From positions 67,161 to 99,160 of the forward strand of contig MWMI01000002.1 in assembly GCA_003568775.1 (NCBI GenBank): a DNA stretch of 32,000 nt. Reading direction: 5' to 3'. The translations under genes were made by a program, and so were the position numbers. The stretch is from Candidatus Nanoclepta minutus (GTDB taxonomy: Archaea; Nanobdellota; Nanobdellia; Nanobdellales; Nanobdellaceae). The notes beneath the pieces are model-generated. The model ran no database searches, had not been told where the DNA came from, and saw only the letters and a list, made by a program, of their open reading frames with translations. Positions 8,522-17,376 of this stretch are shown piece by piece (within the stretch, counting starts at the first letter, position 1; each line of letters opens with the position of its first letter).

Positions 8522-9519
8522 TTCCAGGTTCTAGGATATATATCTTTCTCCATTAAAACCCTATCCACATCTATAGCTATCCCCTTGTTACTTTCCATAA
8601 TCTCTTTAGAGGACATCCTAGCTACACCTACCGCCACAAGCTCGTTCTTCAATGTATAGACCCCAACTATATCACCAGGTAATATATTAGAATAGAGCTT
8701 TGAAATACCAGGTACATATACGTCTGCTCCGTGTGTTATTGCACCAACTGCCGTATCTAAGACCCAGACCTTCTTTAAGTGTTCCGCAGATATCTCATAA
8801 GGTAAAAAAACTTTCCTTATATACTCTTCTTTTCCTTCATTTTTCCAAAACCAAATAGAATCTACAACTTCCTGTAAATATACTATCGGATACTTCTCCG
8901 AATCCTCCTTTAATTCTCCAACTCTAATCCTCCTTAGTTGCTGCATGTGGGCACCGGTACCTAGCCTAACCCCTATATCATAAATCAGCTTCCTAATGTA
9001 TACACCTGCCTCAGTAGCTATCTGAAGTAACCAATCCCTACCATCGACCTCTAATACCTTAATACAGTATACTGTTTTTCTCCTAGGGACTTTCTTTACA
9101 GCAGATTTAAGGGGAGGTTTTTGAACTATTTCACCTTCAAACTCCTTTAGAACTTTCAAAACCTTTTCTTCCTCTAAATCACCATGCAGACGCATCCAAG
9201 CAACATATTCCTTTCCAGCCAACAAAAATAACCTCAGAGCCTTCGTAGCCTTCCCAACACCGATCGGAAGTACTCCAGTAACCTTCGGATCTAATGTACC
9301 CCCATGTCCTACCTTCATACCCAATATTTCCTTTAACCAAGCTACTACTTGATGGGAAGTAGGACCTGAAGGTTTGTCTAAGTTTATAATAGAATGGGAG
9401 ATATGGTATTCTATAGGTCTTCTATCAGGATAAAAACCATACCTTTCATCAGTCTCAGCCTCCTTTTTTACTAATATTTCGTATTCCTCCTTTTCATATG
9501 GAAACTTACAATATTCCAC
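8518..9519 (-). CDS. cbf5: Archaeal Cbf5, tRNA/rRNA pseudouridine synthase with PUA domain
   Basis: INLDKPSGPTSHQVVAWLKEILGMKVGHGGTLDPKVTGVLPIGVGKATK, ETDERYGFYPDRRPIEYHI N-terminus, C-terminal PUA (VLDTAVGAITHGADVYVPGISKLY, VGVYTLKNELVAVGVARMSS). Confidence 0.97.
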   Translation of the reverse strand: MEYCKFPYEKEEYEILVKKEAETDERYGFYPDRRPIEYHISHSIINLDKPSGPTSHQVVAWLKEILGMKVGHGGTLDPKVTGVLPIGVGKATKALRLFLLAGKEYVAWMRLHGDLEEEKVLKVLKEFEGEIVQKPPLKSAVKKVPRRKTVYCIKVLEVDGRDWLLQIATEAGVYIRKLIYDIGVRLGTGAHMQQLRRIRVGELKEDSEKYPIVYLQEVVDSIWFWKNEGKEEYIRKVFLPYEISAEHLKKVWVLDTAVGAITHGADVYVPGISKLYSNILPGDIVGVYTLKNELVAVGVARMSSKEIMESNKGIAIDVDRVLMEKDIYPRTWK

Positions 9520-9520
9520 A

Positions 9521-10075
9521 CTATTCCTTCTTCTCTTCTGTAGGTTTACTTTCGGAGATTCCCTTTATAGACTTCCTTAGGGGGTGATCTTCGTTTGAAA
9601 TTGGTGAATAGGAGCAATAACTTATCTTATCTTCTTCATCCCTCTTCACTAGATATCCTGGAGAAGTTATTACGTTTTCTCCTACCATTATGTGACCATG
9701 GACTATCAGCTGCCTAGCCTGCTTTATTGTCCTAGCAAGCCCCTTCTTGTATACGATGGTCTGAAGCCTCCTATCTAATACATCCCTTACAGTAATACGT
9801 AATACATCGCTAAGGCTAGAACCCTCTTTAATGAAACCATACTTTATCAACTTTCTCATAAAAGCTTCCTCATCCTTCGATACATTGAAACCTGCTGCTT
9901 TCCTTGCATTTAAGTATCTTACATGATGTCTTATCTTTCTAGCAATTGTAAATGCCTTCCACAATTCTCTCTTATTCTTTAGACCATATTCCTTCAATAG
10001 TTCTCTTTCCTCATCGATCCTATACTTTATCCAAGGATGGGATGGACCTTCCCAAGTTTTTCTAATCCTCCACAT
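9521..10075 (-). CDS. rps4: 30S ribosomal protein uS4 (S4)
   Basis: KTWEGPSHPWIKYRIDEERELLKEYGLKNKRELWKA, RRLQTIVYKKGLARTIKQARQLIVHGHIMVGENVITSPGYLV, EDKISYCSYSPI. Confidence 0.97.
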   Translation of the reverse strand: MWRIRKTWEGPSHPWIKYRIDEERELLKEYGLKNKRELWKAFTIARKIRHHVRYLNARKAAGFNVSKDEEAFMRKLIKYGFIKEGSSLSDVLRITVRDVLDRRLQTIVYKKGLARTIKQARQLIVHGHIMVGENVITSPGYLVKRDEEDKISYCSYSPISNEDHPLRKSIKGISESKPTEEKKE

Positions 10076-10076
10076 C

Positions 10077-10553
10077 TTACTTCTTTCTTTGTACTCCTAC
10101 AACTCTGCCTTTTCTATGATGAGACCTCGTTCTTTGTCCCCTGACTGGTAGGCCATATGAATGCTGCCTTCCCTTCCATGTTCCAAGCTCCATCTCTCTC
10201 TTAATATCAAATTGTACCCTTATCTTCCAATCCGGTCCAACTAGATGTTTATCCTTACCATCTTCCAAATCTCTCTGTCTATTAAACATCCATTTCGGGA
10301 TACCATACTTCTCTGGATTCTTTATACAATCTTCAAGTTTCTCTAACTCTTCATCAGATAAAGAACCTAATAGCCTCCACTTATTTATACCTAAAGCCTC
10401 GCATATAGCATGAGAGAACCTCCAATTTACTCCTGCTAACCTTGTAAGCTCAACATATATTGGTTTATGTCCATCTAGTTCTGTTTCTACTATTCTTATA
10501 ACATCCTTTATCTGAGCTCCTTCCGGTGTGAATGGTTTAAGAGCACCTGGCAT
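10077..10553 (-). CDS. rps13: 30S ribosomal protein uS13 (S13)
   Basis: LAGVNWRFSHAICEALGINK, PKWMFNRQRDLEDGKDKHLVGPDW, GRQHSYGLPVRGQRTRSHHRKGRVVGV. Confidence 0.97.
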   Translation of the reverse strand: MPGALKPFTPEGAQIKDVIRIVETELDGHKPIYVELTRLAGVNWRFSHAICEALGINKWRLLGSLSDEELEKLEDCIKNPEKYGIPKWMFNRQRDLEDGKDKHLVGPDWKIRVQFDIKREMELGTWKGRQHSYGLPVRGQRTRSHHRKGRVVGVQRKK

Positions 10554-10603
10554 TAATGAAGTTTTATATTCTAATTTAAAAATCTTATATAAGTGAGATA
10601 TAT

Positions 10604-12229
10604 ATGAAGATCGGTTTTGTCATAAAGGAGGCTACTTCGGACTATTTTTATTTTGTAATAAACCCAAAGGAAAGGGATAAAATAACGGTAGGTAGTTTGG
10701 TCAAAATAATCATAAACGATGTTCCATACTATGCCATTGTAGAAGATATAAAGTCTGAAGCAATTGAAGAAGATAGATTGATCAACTTCGAAGCAATTGA
10801 AATAGTCTATGATAAAATAGGAAAGAAATTATTTATATTGAGGGGAAAAGGTATCTTCATTGGATGTTTAAGGGATAACAAAGTTTTACCAGAAAAACCT
10901 AAGACCCCTCCGCTACCAGGGGACGATGTATTACTAGCTGAATATGAAGAAATCAAAAAAATATATAGCTTCGAGACAGATTATACAATACCTTTCGGTA
11001 AAATTTTTGTAAGCGACAAGGAATATACTGTTGATCTATCAATAAAAAATCTGATAATAAGGCATACAGGCATATTTGGAATAACGGGATCTGGTAAATC
11101 AACTGCAGTTGCTAACTTAGTTTATGAGCTGTCTAAGAAAAATATACCAACCTTAATATTCGATATCCATAGAGATTACATACTTTCATTCCAAAATCCG
11201 ATAATAATAACTTTCTCTGAAAGGGATAGGGAATATATAGAAAGCTTATTAAAAGAAAGGGGGAAGAATGGAAGAGTATACACTGCAAAGCTAGACATTA
11301 AAATATTAAACGATTATATGGAAATATTGGGAATAAATAGAGAATCTATGCCACATGTCGCTAATTTACTATCTGAATTATTATCTAAAGCAAGAATAAA
11401 TACTATATTCGACCTCCTAAAGTTTTTAGATGAAAGAAAGAATGTTGAAAATTTAATAAAAAACTACGGTGATAAAGAAATAGATAGGTTAGCTAATTCC
11501 CTTAAGTCAAGGATAAAGAAGATATATGATTGGAGGTTATTCCCTAGGGATGCTAGAGATTTTGGAGAGGACTTGAGAAGCCTATTAGATAACCTAATTA
11601 GAAAAATAACGGATATGGAAGGTATCTTAGAAGGTGAAATAGTTAGGAACGGAGATGAAATATCCATAAGGAGGGAGAATACAGAATATAGAAATATCAT
11701 AATAATAGACCTCTATCCTCTATCAATAGAGGAACAGAGGATACTAATAGATATACTACTAGAACGCCTATACAATAAATACAAAGAGCTCAAGTTTGAG
11801 GGAAAGGCAGATATACTAACTATCGTAATTGAGGAAGCACATAGGTTTGTCTCAAGGGAAGCAAAGGATACCAGTGCGAAGGTATCCTTAATAGCCAGGG
11901 AGGGTAGGAAGTTTGGATTAGGAATAATACTAGTATCCCAGATACCCTCTAGCATACTGGATAGTGTTATATCTCAGCTAAATACATTTATTCTCTTAAA
12001 GATGATAAACCCGAGGGACCTTGAATTCATTAAAAAGACCTGTCCATATCTATCTAAAGAATACTTCGAAGCTCTAACTAAGCTTGAAACTGGAAAAGCT
12101 TTGGTAGTAGGTTTAGCACCTAAGAATCCTGCAATAGTAAAGATAATTAAAAACGTAGATGTTGGTGGAACGGAAGAAGATATCGAGAGGTCCATAGAGA
12201 AAAGAGTAAAATTATTAAGAGAAAATTAA
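10604..12229 (+). CDS. herA: HerA-family DNA translocase/helicase ATPase
   Basis: Walker A GITGSGKSTAVANLVYEL, IFDIHRDY, Walker B ILTIVIEEAHRFVS, LIAREGRKFGLGIILVSQIPSSL-type segment, N-terminal HAS-barrel-like domain. Confidence 0.95.
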   Translation: MKIGFVIKEATSDYFYFVINPKERDKITVGSLVKIIINDVPYYAIVEDIKSEAIEEDRLINFEAIEIVYDKIGKKLFILRGKGIFIGCLRDNKVLPEKPKTPPLPGDDVLLAEYEEIKKIYSFETDYTIPFGKIFVSDKEYTVDLSIKNLIIRHTGIFGITGSGKSTAVANLVYELSKKNIPTLIFDIHRDYILSFQNPIIITFSERDREYIESLLKERGKNGRVYTAKLDIKILNDYMEILGINRESMPHVANLLSELLSKARINTIFDLLKFLDERKNVENLIKNYGDKEIDRLANSLKSRIKKIYDWRLFPRDARDFGEDLRSLLDNLIRKITDMEGILEGEIVRNGDEISIRRENTEYRNIIIIDLYPLSIEEQRILIDILLERLYNKYKELKFEGKADILTIVIEEAHRFVSREAKDTSAKVSLIAREGRKFGLGIILVSQIPSSILDSVISQLNTFILLKMINPRDLEFIKKTCPYLSKEYFEALTKLETGKALVVGLAPKNPAIVKIIKNVDVGGTEEDIERSIEKRVKLLREN

Positions 12230-12242
12230 TTTTATGATAGAT

Positions 12243-12326
12243 GCCGCGGTGCCCGAGTGGACCAAGGGGTCTGGCTGGAGACCAGATCCCCGAAAGGGGA
12301 CCGGGGTTCGAATCCCCGCCGCGGCG
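12243..12326 (+). tRNA. tRNA-Ser (anticodon GGA)
   Basis: GCCGCGG-TG-CCCGAGTGGACCAAGGGG-TCTGG-CTGGAGA-CCAGA, long variable arm TCCCCGAAAGGGGA, T arm CGGGG-TTCGAAT-CCCCG, acceptor CCGCGGC, discriminator G. Confidence 0.96.
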
Positions 12327-12335
12327 ATCCCTCAG

Positions 12336-12354
12336 TTAAGGTTATTTACCTTAA
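12336..12354. terminator. Perfect 7-bp inverted repeat, 5-nt loop (TTAAGGT-TATTT-ACCTTAA); possible terminator/processing hairpin
   Basis: Direct reading of the 37-nt gap between tRNA-Ser and the ORF at 12364. Confidence 0.3.
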
Positions 12355-12363
12355 AATCAAAAT

Positions 12364-12717
12364 TTGAATATGAAAAGACTATATGCTATTTTTAAAAGGA
12401 TTGAAAAGAAAGAGATTTTCGATGATATGAAGGCTCTATATAACTTAGCAGATGAGTTATCAATTAATTTCAATTTAGAAAATGTAAAAAAGAAAGTTAT
12501 AAGCGATATTGAAAACAATTTTTTCCAGCTATTATTGGAATCCAAAGAACTCTCCGTATACCTAACCTACTGGAGATCTATAGATATGTTAAGTTTAGAG
12601 GTAATATCAAAGAATATAGACCCTTTCTCTATATATGAACATCTTAAGAACACGTTCATACCAAAGTATTATTCTGTCTCAATCCAGCAAACCCAAAAAC
12701 AGGACCTATATGAGTAG
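12364..12717 (+). CDS. Hypothetical protein
   Basis: 117-aa ORF with plausible codon usage, convergently overlapping the 3' end of the degV-like gene by 62 nt. Confidence 0.55.
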   Translation: MNMKRLYAIFKRIEKKEIFDDMKALYNLADELSINFNLENVKKKVISDIENNFFQLLLESKELSVYLTYWRSIDMLSLEVISKNIDPFSIYEHLKNTFIPKYYSVSIQQTQKQDLYE

Positions 12718-13420
12718 ATATAATTGGATTCATTAATATTTCCTTACCTGATACCTTTCTCGTATTGCTAGCATACAGTTTTAATTTATATTTCTTTTCT
12801 AGATCATAAAAATCCTTAATTAAATCTGAAGAAAGTTTAAACAATTCTAGCCTTCCATCTCTTATATTTAATATTGGTTTCTTATTAACTAACCTTAGGA
12901 AAGAATACTTCAATAGGTTTATCCTTCCGGAATTGAGCAAATAGTTTATGTTCTCTACAAATGCATAAGTATCTATCCTTTCTCTCATACTATTTATTCT
13001 CTCAACTACCTCATCTATTTTATACTTCTCCAATAACTTTTTAGCAATCAAAACTAAAATCCCGCTCCCCACCGATGCGTTTCTTGTATCAATAACGTAT
13101 ATTTTCTTTTTAATGAACTTAGAAGCATTCAAAGCTACATTATATGTACCCGATAACTCCGAACTTACTGTGAAAACTAAAATTTCTTCTTCACAAGATT
13201 TATAAACTTCCAGAAAATCTTCTAAAGTAGGTTGAGAAGTTTTAAGCTTTCCAGACAACCATTCTTCCCTAAACTTCTTATAAAATTCATACTTAGAGTT
13301 ATAAAAGATCGGTATCTTATCTCCATCCTTTATTACATATAAAGGTACAACTTTTATACCGTATTTTTCTATTATCCTCCTAGGTAGATCTACAGTAACA
13401 TCAATTACAATATCAACCAT
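12656..13420 (-). CDS. DegV family protein (FakB-like, fatty-acid-binding fold)
   Basis: DVTVDLPRRIIEKYGIKVVPLYV, LKTSQPTLEDF, VFTVSSELSGTYNVA, VIDTRNASVGSG, NSGRIN, KPILNIRDG and ISTHIGPVFGFAG, in DegV order. Confidence 0.87.
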   Translation of the reverse strand: MVDIVIDVTVDLPRRIIEKYGIKVVPLYVIKDGDKIPIFYNSKYEFYKKFREEWLSGKLKTSQPTLEDFLEVYKSCEEEILVFTVSSELSGTYNVALNASKFIKKKIYVIDTRNASVGSGILVLIAKKLLEKYKIDEVVERINSMRERIDTYAFVENINYLLNSGRINLLKYSFLRLVNKKPILNIRDGRLELFKLSSDLIKDFYDLEKKYKLKLYASNTRKVSGKEILMNPIISTHIGPVFGFAGLRQNNTLV

Positions 13421-14270
13421 TTATTTCATCGATTTCTATGTTTTCTATCTCAACAAAAGGGATTAGAAGATTTATGGTATTTTCTACAGATCTCGTATGG
13501 AGGTGTATTTTTACATGATCTCCAAACTCGTTAATAATCAAAGAATCCTCATCCTTTAAACAATTCCTTATTTTATCTATAGAATACTTAGGCTTTGCCA
13601 AAATATTCAAGCAGAATATCTTACCTTTAACTCTTTCAAACTTTTCTTCCTTTAGATACTTCTTTAAGTTTATCTTTATATCCCCCCCGATAGATTCTAT
13701 CCATCCCTTTAACATCAAAACTACCCCCAAACCTCCAGAATCAATAGTCTTCTTCAAGTTAACATTTTCCCTCTTATTCTCCAGTTCCTTCAGGGATTTT
13801 CTAATGCATTTATCTAACCAATCCTTTAAGTTTTTGGACTTAACTATCTCCCTCTCCATTACTCTTATTACAGTTAGCATAGTTCCCTCTCTAGGTTCTT
13901 TAACGGAAGAGTATGCGTATTCCCTAGCCCTTTTAATGGCCCTGAATAAATCCTTTAACTTAACCTTTTTCTTATCTTTTAGCTCTATATATAGACCATA
14001 GAAGAACATGGATATAATGTTACCCGAATTTCCCTTAGATACCTTCATCGATATGTCCTTAATTATCTCTAAGATCTTTCCTATGTGGTTTATCTCTACG
14101 TTCTCTATACCTTTCCTTATATTCTCAAAGAGTATCCTAAGATTCGTACCAGTATCCTTGTCTCTAACTGGAAAGTAGTTTAGTTCGTTTAATATACTTT
14201 CGTGAAAGGATATTTGATCGGCAGCTCTGAGCATCATATCTTTAAATATACTGCCATCTATTTCCTCCAT
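13413..14270 (-). CDS. DAK2/DhaL-domain kinase-like protein (FakA-like, short)
   Basis: NYFPVRDKDTGTNLRI (cf. NVFPVPDGDTGTNM), KGNSGNIISMF, VKEPREGTMLTVIR, IDSGGLGVVLMLKGW; 285 aa, so the long C-terminal part of bacterial FakA is largely absent. Confidence 0.87.
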   Translation of the reverse strand: MEEIDGSIFKDMMLRAADQISFHESILNELNYFPVRDKDTGTNLRILFENIRKGIENVEINHIGKILEIIKDISMKVSKGNSGNIISMFFYGLYIELKDKKKVKLKDLFRAIKRAREYAYSSVKEPREGTMLTVIRVMEREIVKSKNLKDWLDKCIRKSLKELENKRENVNLKKTIDSGGLGVVLMLKGWIESIGGDIKINLKKYLKEEKFERVKGKIFCLNILAKPKYSIDKIRNCLKDEDSLIINEFGDHVKIHLHTRSVENTINLLIPFVEIENIEIDEING

Positions 14271-14350
14271 CCTTATTATTTTTTTATCATCTATTTTAAG
14301 TTTATCTATCCTTTAAGATTGAATTTAAATATAGGATCCGACTAAGATTT

Positions 14351-14830
14351 ATGAACGTAGAATCATTAATAAACATGTTCTCCTATCTCGGATTATTCAT
14401 GATCGGACTATTAAGCACCATAGGTCTCTTCATATCCCCGCCATTATACTTAAGTCTACCCTTAATACTCTATAAAACGAAATTTAATCCAATACTATCG
14501 ACTTTACTAGTTGCTCTAGGAATGAGCGTCGGGGATACTATAGGTTATTTCATAGGATTCTCGAGTGAAAAATTATTAGAAAATAAAATATATGAAAAGG
14601 AGAGGTACAAAAAGTTCTCGGAATTCATAAACAAATATGGGCCTATAACCATACCTTTACTTTCAGCATTACCTTTTCCATTCTTTGATGCACTAGCAAT
14701 AGCCTGTGGATTTGCAAAAATAGATATAAAATCCTACTTTATCTATCTGTTCTTCGGTAGGCTAATAAAAGTAAGTCTAATAGTCATAGCAGGTCAATAT
14801 ATACTAATAAGGCTACCATTTGAAATTTAA
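14351..14830 (+). CDS. DedA/SNARE-associated family integral membrane protein
   Basis: Hydrophobic protein with FIGFSSEKLL...KYGPITIPLLSALPFPFFDALAIACGFAKI, resembling the DedA core; multiple TM segments. Confidence 0.72.
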   Translation: MNVESLINMFSYLGLFMIGLLSTIGLFISPPLYLSLPLILYKTKFNPILSTLLVALGMSVGDTIGYFIGFSSEKLLENKIYEKERYKKFSEFINKYGPITIPLLSALPFPFFDALAIACGFAKIDIKSYFIYLFFGRLIKVSLIVIAGQYILIRLPFEI

Positions 14831-14852
14831 CAGTTTATAACTTAAAGATAAA

Positions 14853-15581
14853 ATGCAGATTTCTATCGTATTCGTAGAACCTGAATCCGAAGATAACATC
14901 GGAGCACTAGCAAGAGTTATGGCAAACTTTGGCTTTAGGGATCTCATATTAATAAATCCGAAGGTAAATCCCTATTCAGAAAAAGTAAAAATAGTAGCAA
15001 GAGAGGAAGGTTGGAAGATAATAAGGAACCTGAGGATATACGATGATTTAGATAGGGTAATATCGATGTTCGATGTTACTTATGGAACTACAGGAGTATC
15101 ATCTAAAGTGGGGAATGAAGTTCTAAGGAACCCGTTAACTCCTAGAGAACTAGCAAGCAGAATCTGGAATTTCAGTGGGAAGATAGGCATATTCTTCGGA
15201 AGGGAATCTACAGGATTCTCCAACCAAGAATTAGATAAGTTCGATGCTCAAATAACTATACCTGCCTCTGAGGATTATCCGATAATGAACGTTACCCATG
15301 CCGCTTCTATAATCCTTTATGAGATCTTCATAGCGAGAGAGAATCCGATAAGGAGGACTTTCAAACTAATAAACAATCATGAAAGATACGTATTAAAGAG
15401 AAAATTGAAGGAATTCGTTTATTCATTGCCAACTCATGAATATAGAAAGCCTGTAATTTATAGAGCATTGAGGAACCTTATCGGAAAGGCCTTTATAACA
15501 AAAAGGGAATTTTCTATATTAATGGGCGTCCTTAACCTAGCAAAAAATGATAGAAGAAAGTTATCCAATATTAAAAAATAG
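14853..15581 (+). CDS. SpoU/TrmH-family RNA methyltransferase (TrmJ-like)
   Basis: VEPESEDNIGALARVMANFGFRDLILINP, LASRIWNFSGKIGIFFGRESTGFSNQEL, YPIMNVTHAASIILYEIF. Confidence 0.95.
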   Translation: MQISIVFVEPESEDNIGALARVMANFGFRDLILINPKVNPYSEKVKIVAREEGWKIIRNLRIYDDLDRVISMFDVTYGTTGVSSKVGNEVLRNPLTPRELASRIWNFSGKIGIFFGRESTGFSNQELDKFDAQITIPASEDYPIMNVTHAASIILYEIFIARENPIRRTFKLINNHERYVLKRKLKEFVYSLPTHEYRKPVIYRALRNLIGKAFITKREFSILMGVLNLAKNDRRKLSNIKK

Positions 15582-17376
15582 AAGTTTTCAAATAGAAACA
15601 GTAGAAAGAATATTAGACAGTTTAGATAAGAAATTTATTATCTTAGACTCCCCAACAGGATCTGGAAAAACAATTATGTCATTAGTGATAGCAGATTTCT
15701 TATGGAAGAAAGAAGATCTAATAACACACATAGCTGTAAGGACAAACGAACAAATAAAGAGATACTTACAGGACTCTCTAGAGAAGGTCAAAACTTTGGT
15801 AAAGGTTTTCCCGAATAAGAGAAAGACTTGCCCAATATTCTATAAATCGAACCTATCGGGGGAAGAGATATATTGCTCCGACTGTATGTTCAGGAAAGCA
15901 ACTTATCCAAAAGAAAGGTTGTTCAAAAGGTTAAGAAAAGTTAACTATAATTTTGAAAAACTAGCAAAAATAGAGAATAAAAAAATGGAAAAAAGAAACG
16001 ATAAAGTAAGGTGTATATACCATTCGTTTAAAAAAATAGAATCTAAAATATATGTATCTACCTACCCCTACGTATTTAACTATTATCTATTCGATCTCCT
16101 GTCCTTAGAGGGAGAGCCCGATATATTAATAATGGATGAATCCCATAATCTATTGACTACGTTAACTAACCCTCTATCGTTATCCTTTAGGGTATATTTA
16201 GAGAAAGGTTTTGGGAAAAGGAAAGAAGAGAACCTGCTATACAAGTTTCTAAAAGAAGAAATAGCTGCAATAGGGGATCTACTAAATATCCCTAACGAAG
16301 ATATAGGTATAGTCCTATCAGAAATATCAAACTTTTCGGATGAACTAATAAACTTTATAGAGAACCTATTGGTAAAGCAGTTTAGAACTCGAGAGATAAA
16401 TATTATAATAGAAAGGATAAAGAAGGAGATTGGAAAGAAAGAGGTAATAATAGAGAGAGAAGAATTACTAGATATATTCGATAGGTATTCTAAGACTTTT
16501 GATGAACTTATATTTTACTGGGATTCTTATAAAAAAACTATATCTAAGATGACATACAAGTTTCCAAAGAAGAGATGGCATTTAAACAAGATATTAAAGC
16601 TATACTTAAGCTTAAAGGATCCCGATCTTGTATGGATAGCAAACGGATTTAAAATAGAAGGATTTATAACAAAATTTAACGTTATAATAAAGTCCCTTAT
16701 GGACTATAAGAACATAATACTTATGTCGGGCAGCAACTTTACAAAAAAGGATTTTGTTACATTATATAAAGTACCTTCAGAGGATGTCGAATACATAAAG
16801 GTTGATGTAAAATTTGGTAAAAAGGAATTTAATATAATACCAAACTTTTCTTCAAAATATGAAAAGAGAAAGAGTAAGAAGAATATACAAAACTTAATAG
16901 ATAACATTAAATTCATTTTAAATAATTTAGATGGATATCAACTCTATATGTTTCCATCTGCAGGTTTCATGAACCTAATTTTTGATCAATTATCAGAAGA
17001 AATAAAAGAAAGAATATTCTTGGATGATGGAACAAAACCCTTCAACTCTATATTAAAAACTAACAAAAAGGCTATATTCACCTATGCCAGATCAAGGTTT
17101 ATAGAAGGGGTAGAACTGGTTAAGGATGGATCCTCTTTATTGAAGACTGTTGTAATAGTAGGAAAACCCTATCCACCACCCCCAACAGCATCTATACTCA
17201 CCAATAGAATATTGAAAGATAATAAATTAGATTACTGGACTTTTGCAGAAATTATGAAGGATATTCAAATAAAACAAGTAATAGGAAGGGCTATAAGATC
17301 ACAAAACGATGAAGTAAAGATATTTTTTATAGATGATAGGTATAAAAAATCTGAAGTAATAAAATACTTTAAGTAG
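15547..17376 (+). CDS. XPD/Rad3-like superfamily 2 DNA helicase with putative Fe-S cysteines
   Basis: RSFQIETVERILDSLDKKFIILDSPTGSGKTIMSLVIAD (Walker A), ILIMDESHNLL (Walker B), QVIGRAIRSQNDEVKIFFIDDRY (motif VI), cysteines KTCPIF...YCSDC...VRCIYHSF between motifs Ia and II. Confidence 0.88.
   Translation: MIEESYPILKNRSFQIETVERILDSLDKKFIILDSPTGSGKTIMSLVIADFLWKKEDLITHIAVRTNEQIKRYLQDSLEKVKTLVKVFPNKRKTCPIFYKSNLSGEEIYCSDCMFRKATYPKERLFKRLRKVNYNFEKLAKIENKKMEKRNDKVRCIYHSFKKIESKIYVSTYPYVFNYYLFDLLSLEGEPDILIMDESHNLLTTLTNPLSLSFRVYLEKGFGKRKEENLLYKFLKEEIAAIGDLLNIPNEDIGIVLSEISNFSDELINFIENLLVKQFRTREINIIIERIKKEIGKKEVIIEREELLDIFDRYSKTFDELIFYWDSYKKTISKMTYKFPKKRWHLNKILKLYLSLKDPDLVWIANGFKIEGFITKFNVIIKSLMDYKNIILMSGSNFTKKDFVTLYKVPSEDVEYIKVDVKFGKKEFNIIPNFSSKYEKRKSKKNIQNLIDNIKFILNNLDGYQLYMFPSAGFMNLIFDQLSEEIKERIFLDDGTKPFNSILKTNKKAIFTYARSRFIEGVELVKDGSSLLKTVVIVGKPYPPPPTASILTNRILKDNKLDYWTFAEIMKDIQIKQVIGRAIRSQNDEVKIFFIDDRYKKSEVIKYFK

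Noticed and set aside
11464-12195. Three minus-strand ORFs (11464-11700, 11713-11955, 11974-12195) inside herA
   Set aside because: Ser/Ile/Leu-rich translation typical of antisense shadow of a coding gene; herA motifs are on the plus strand.
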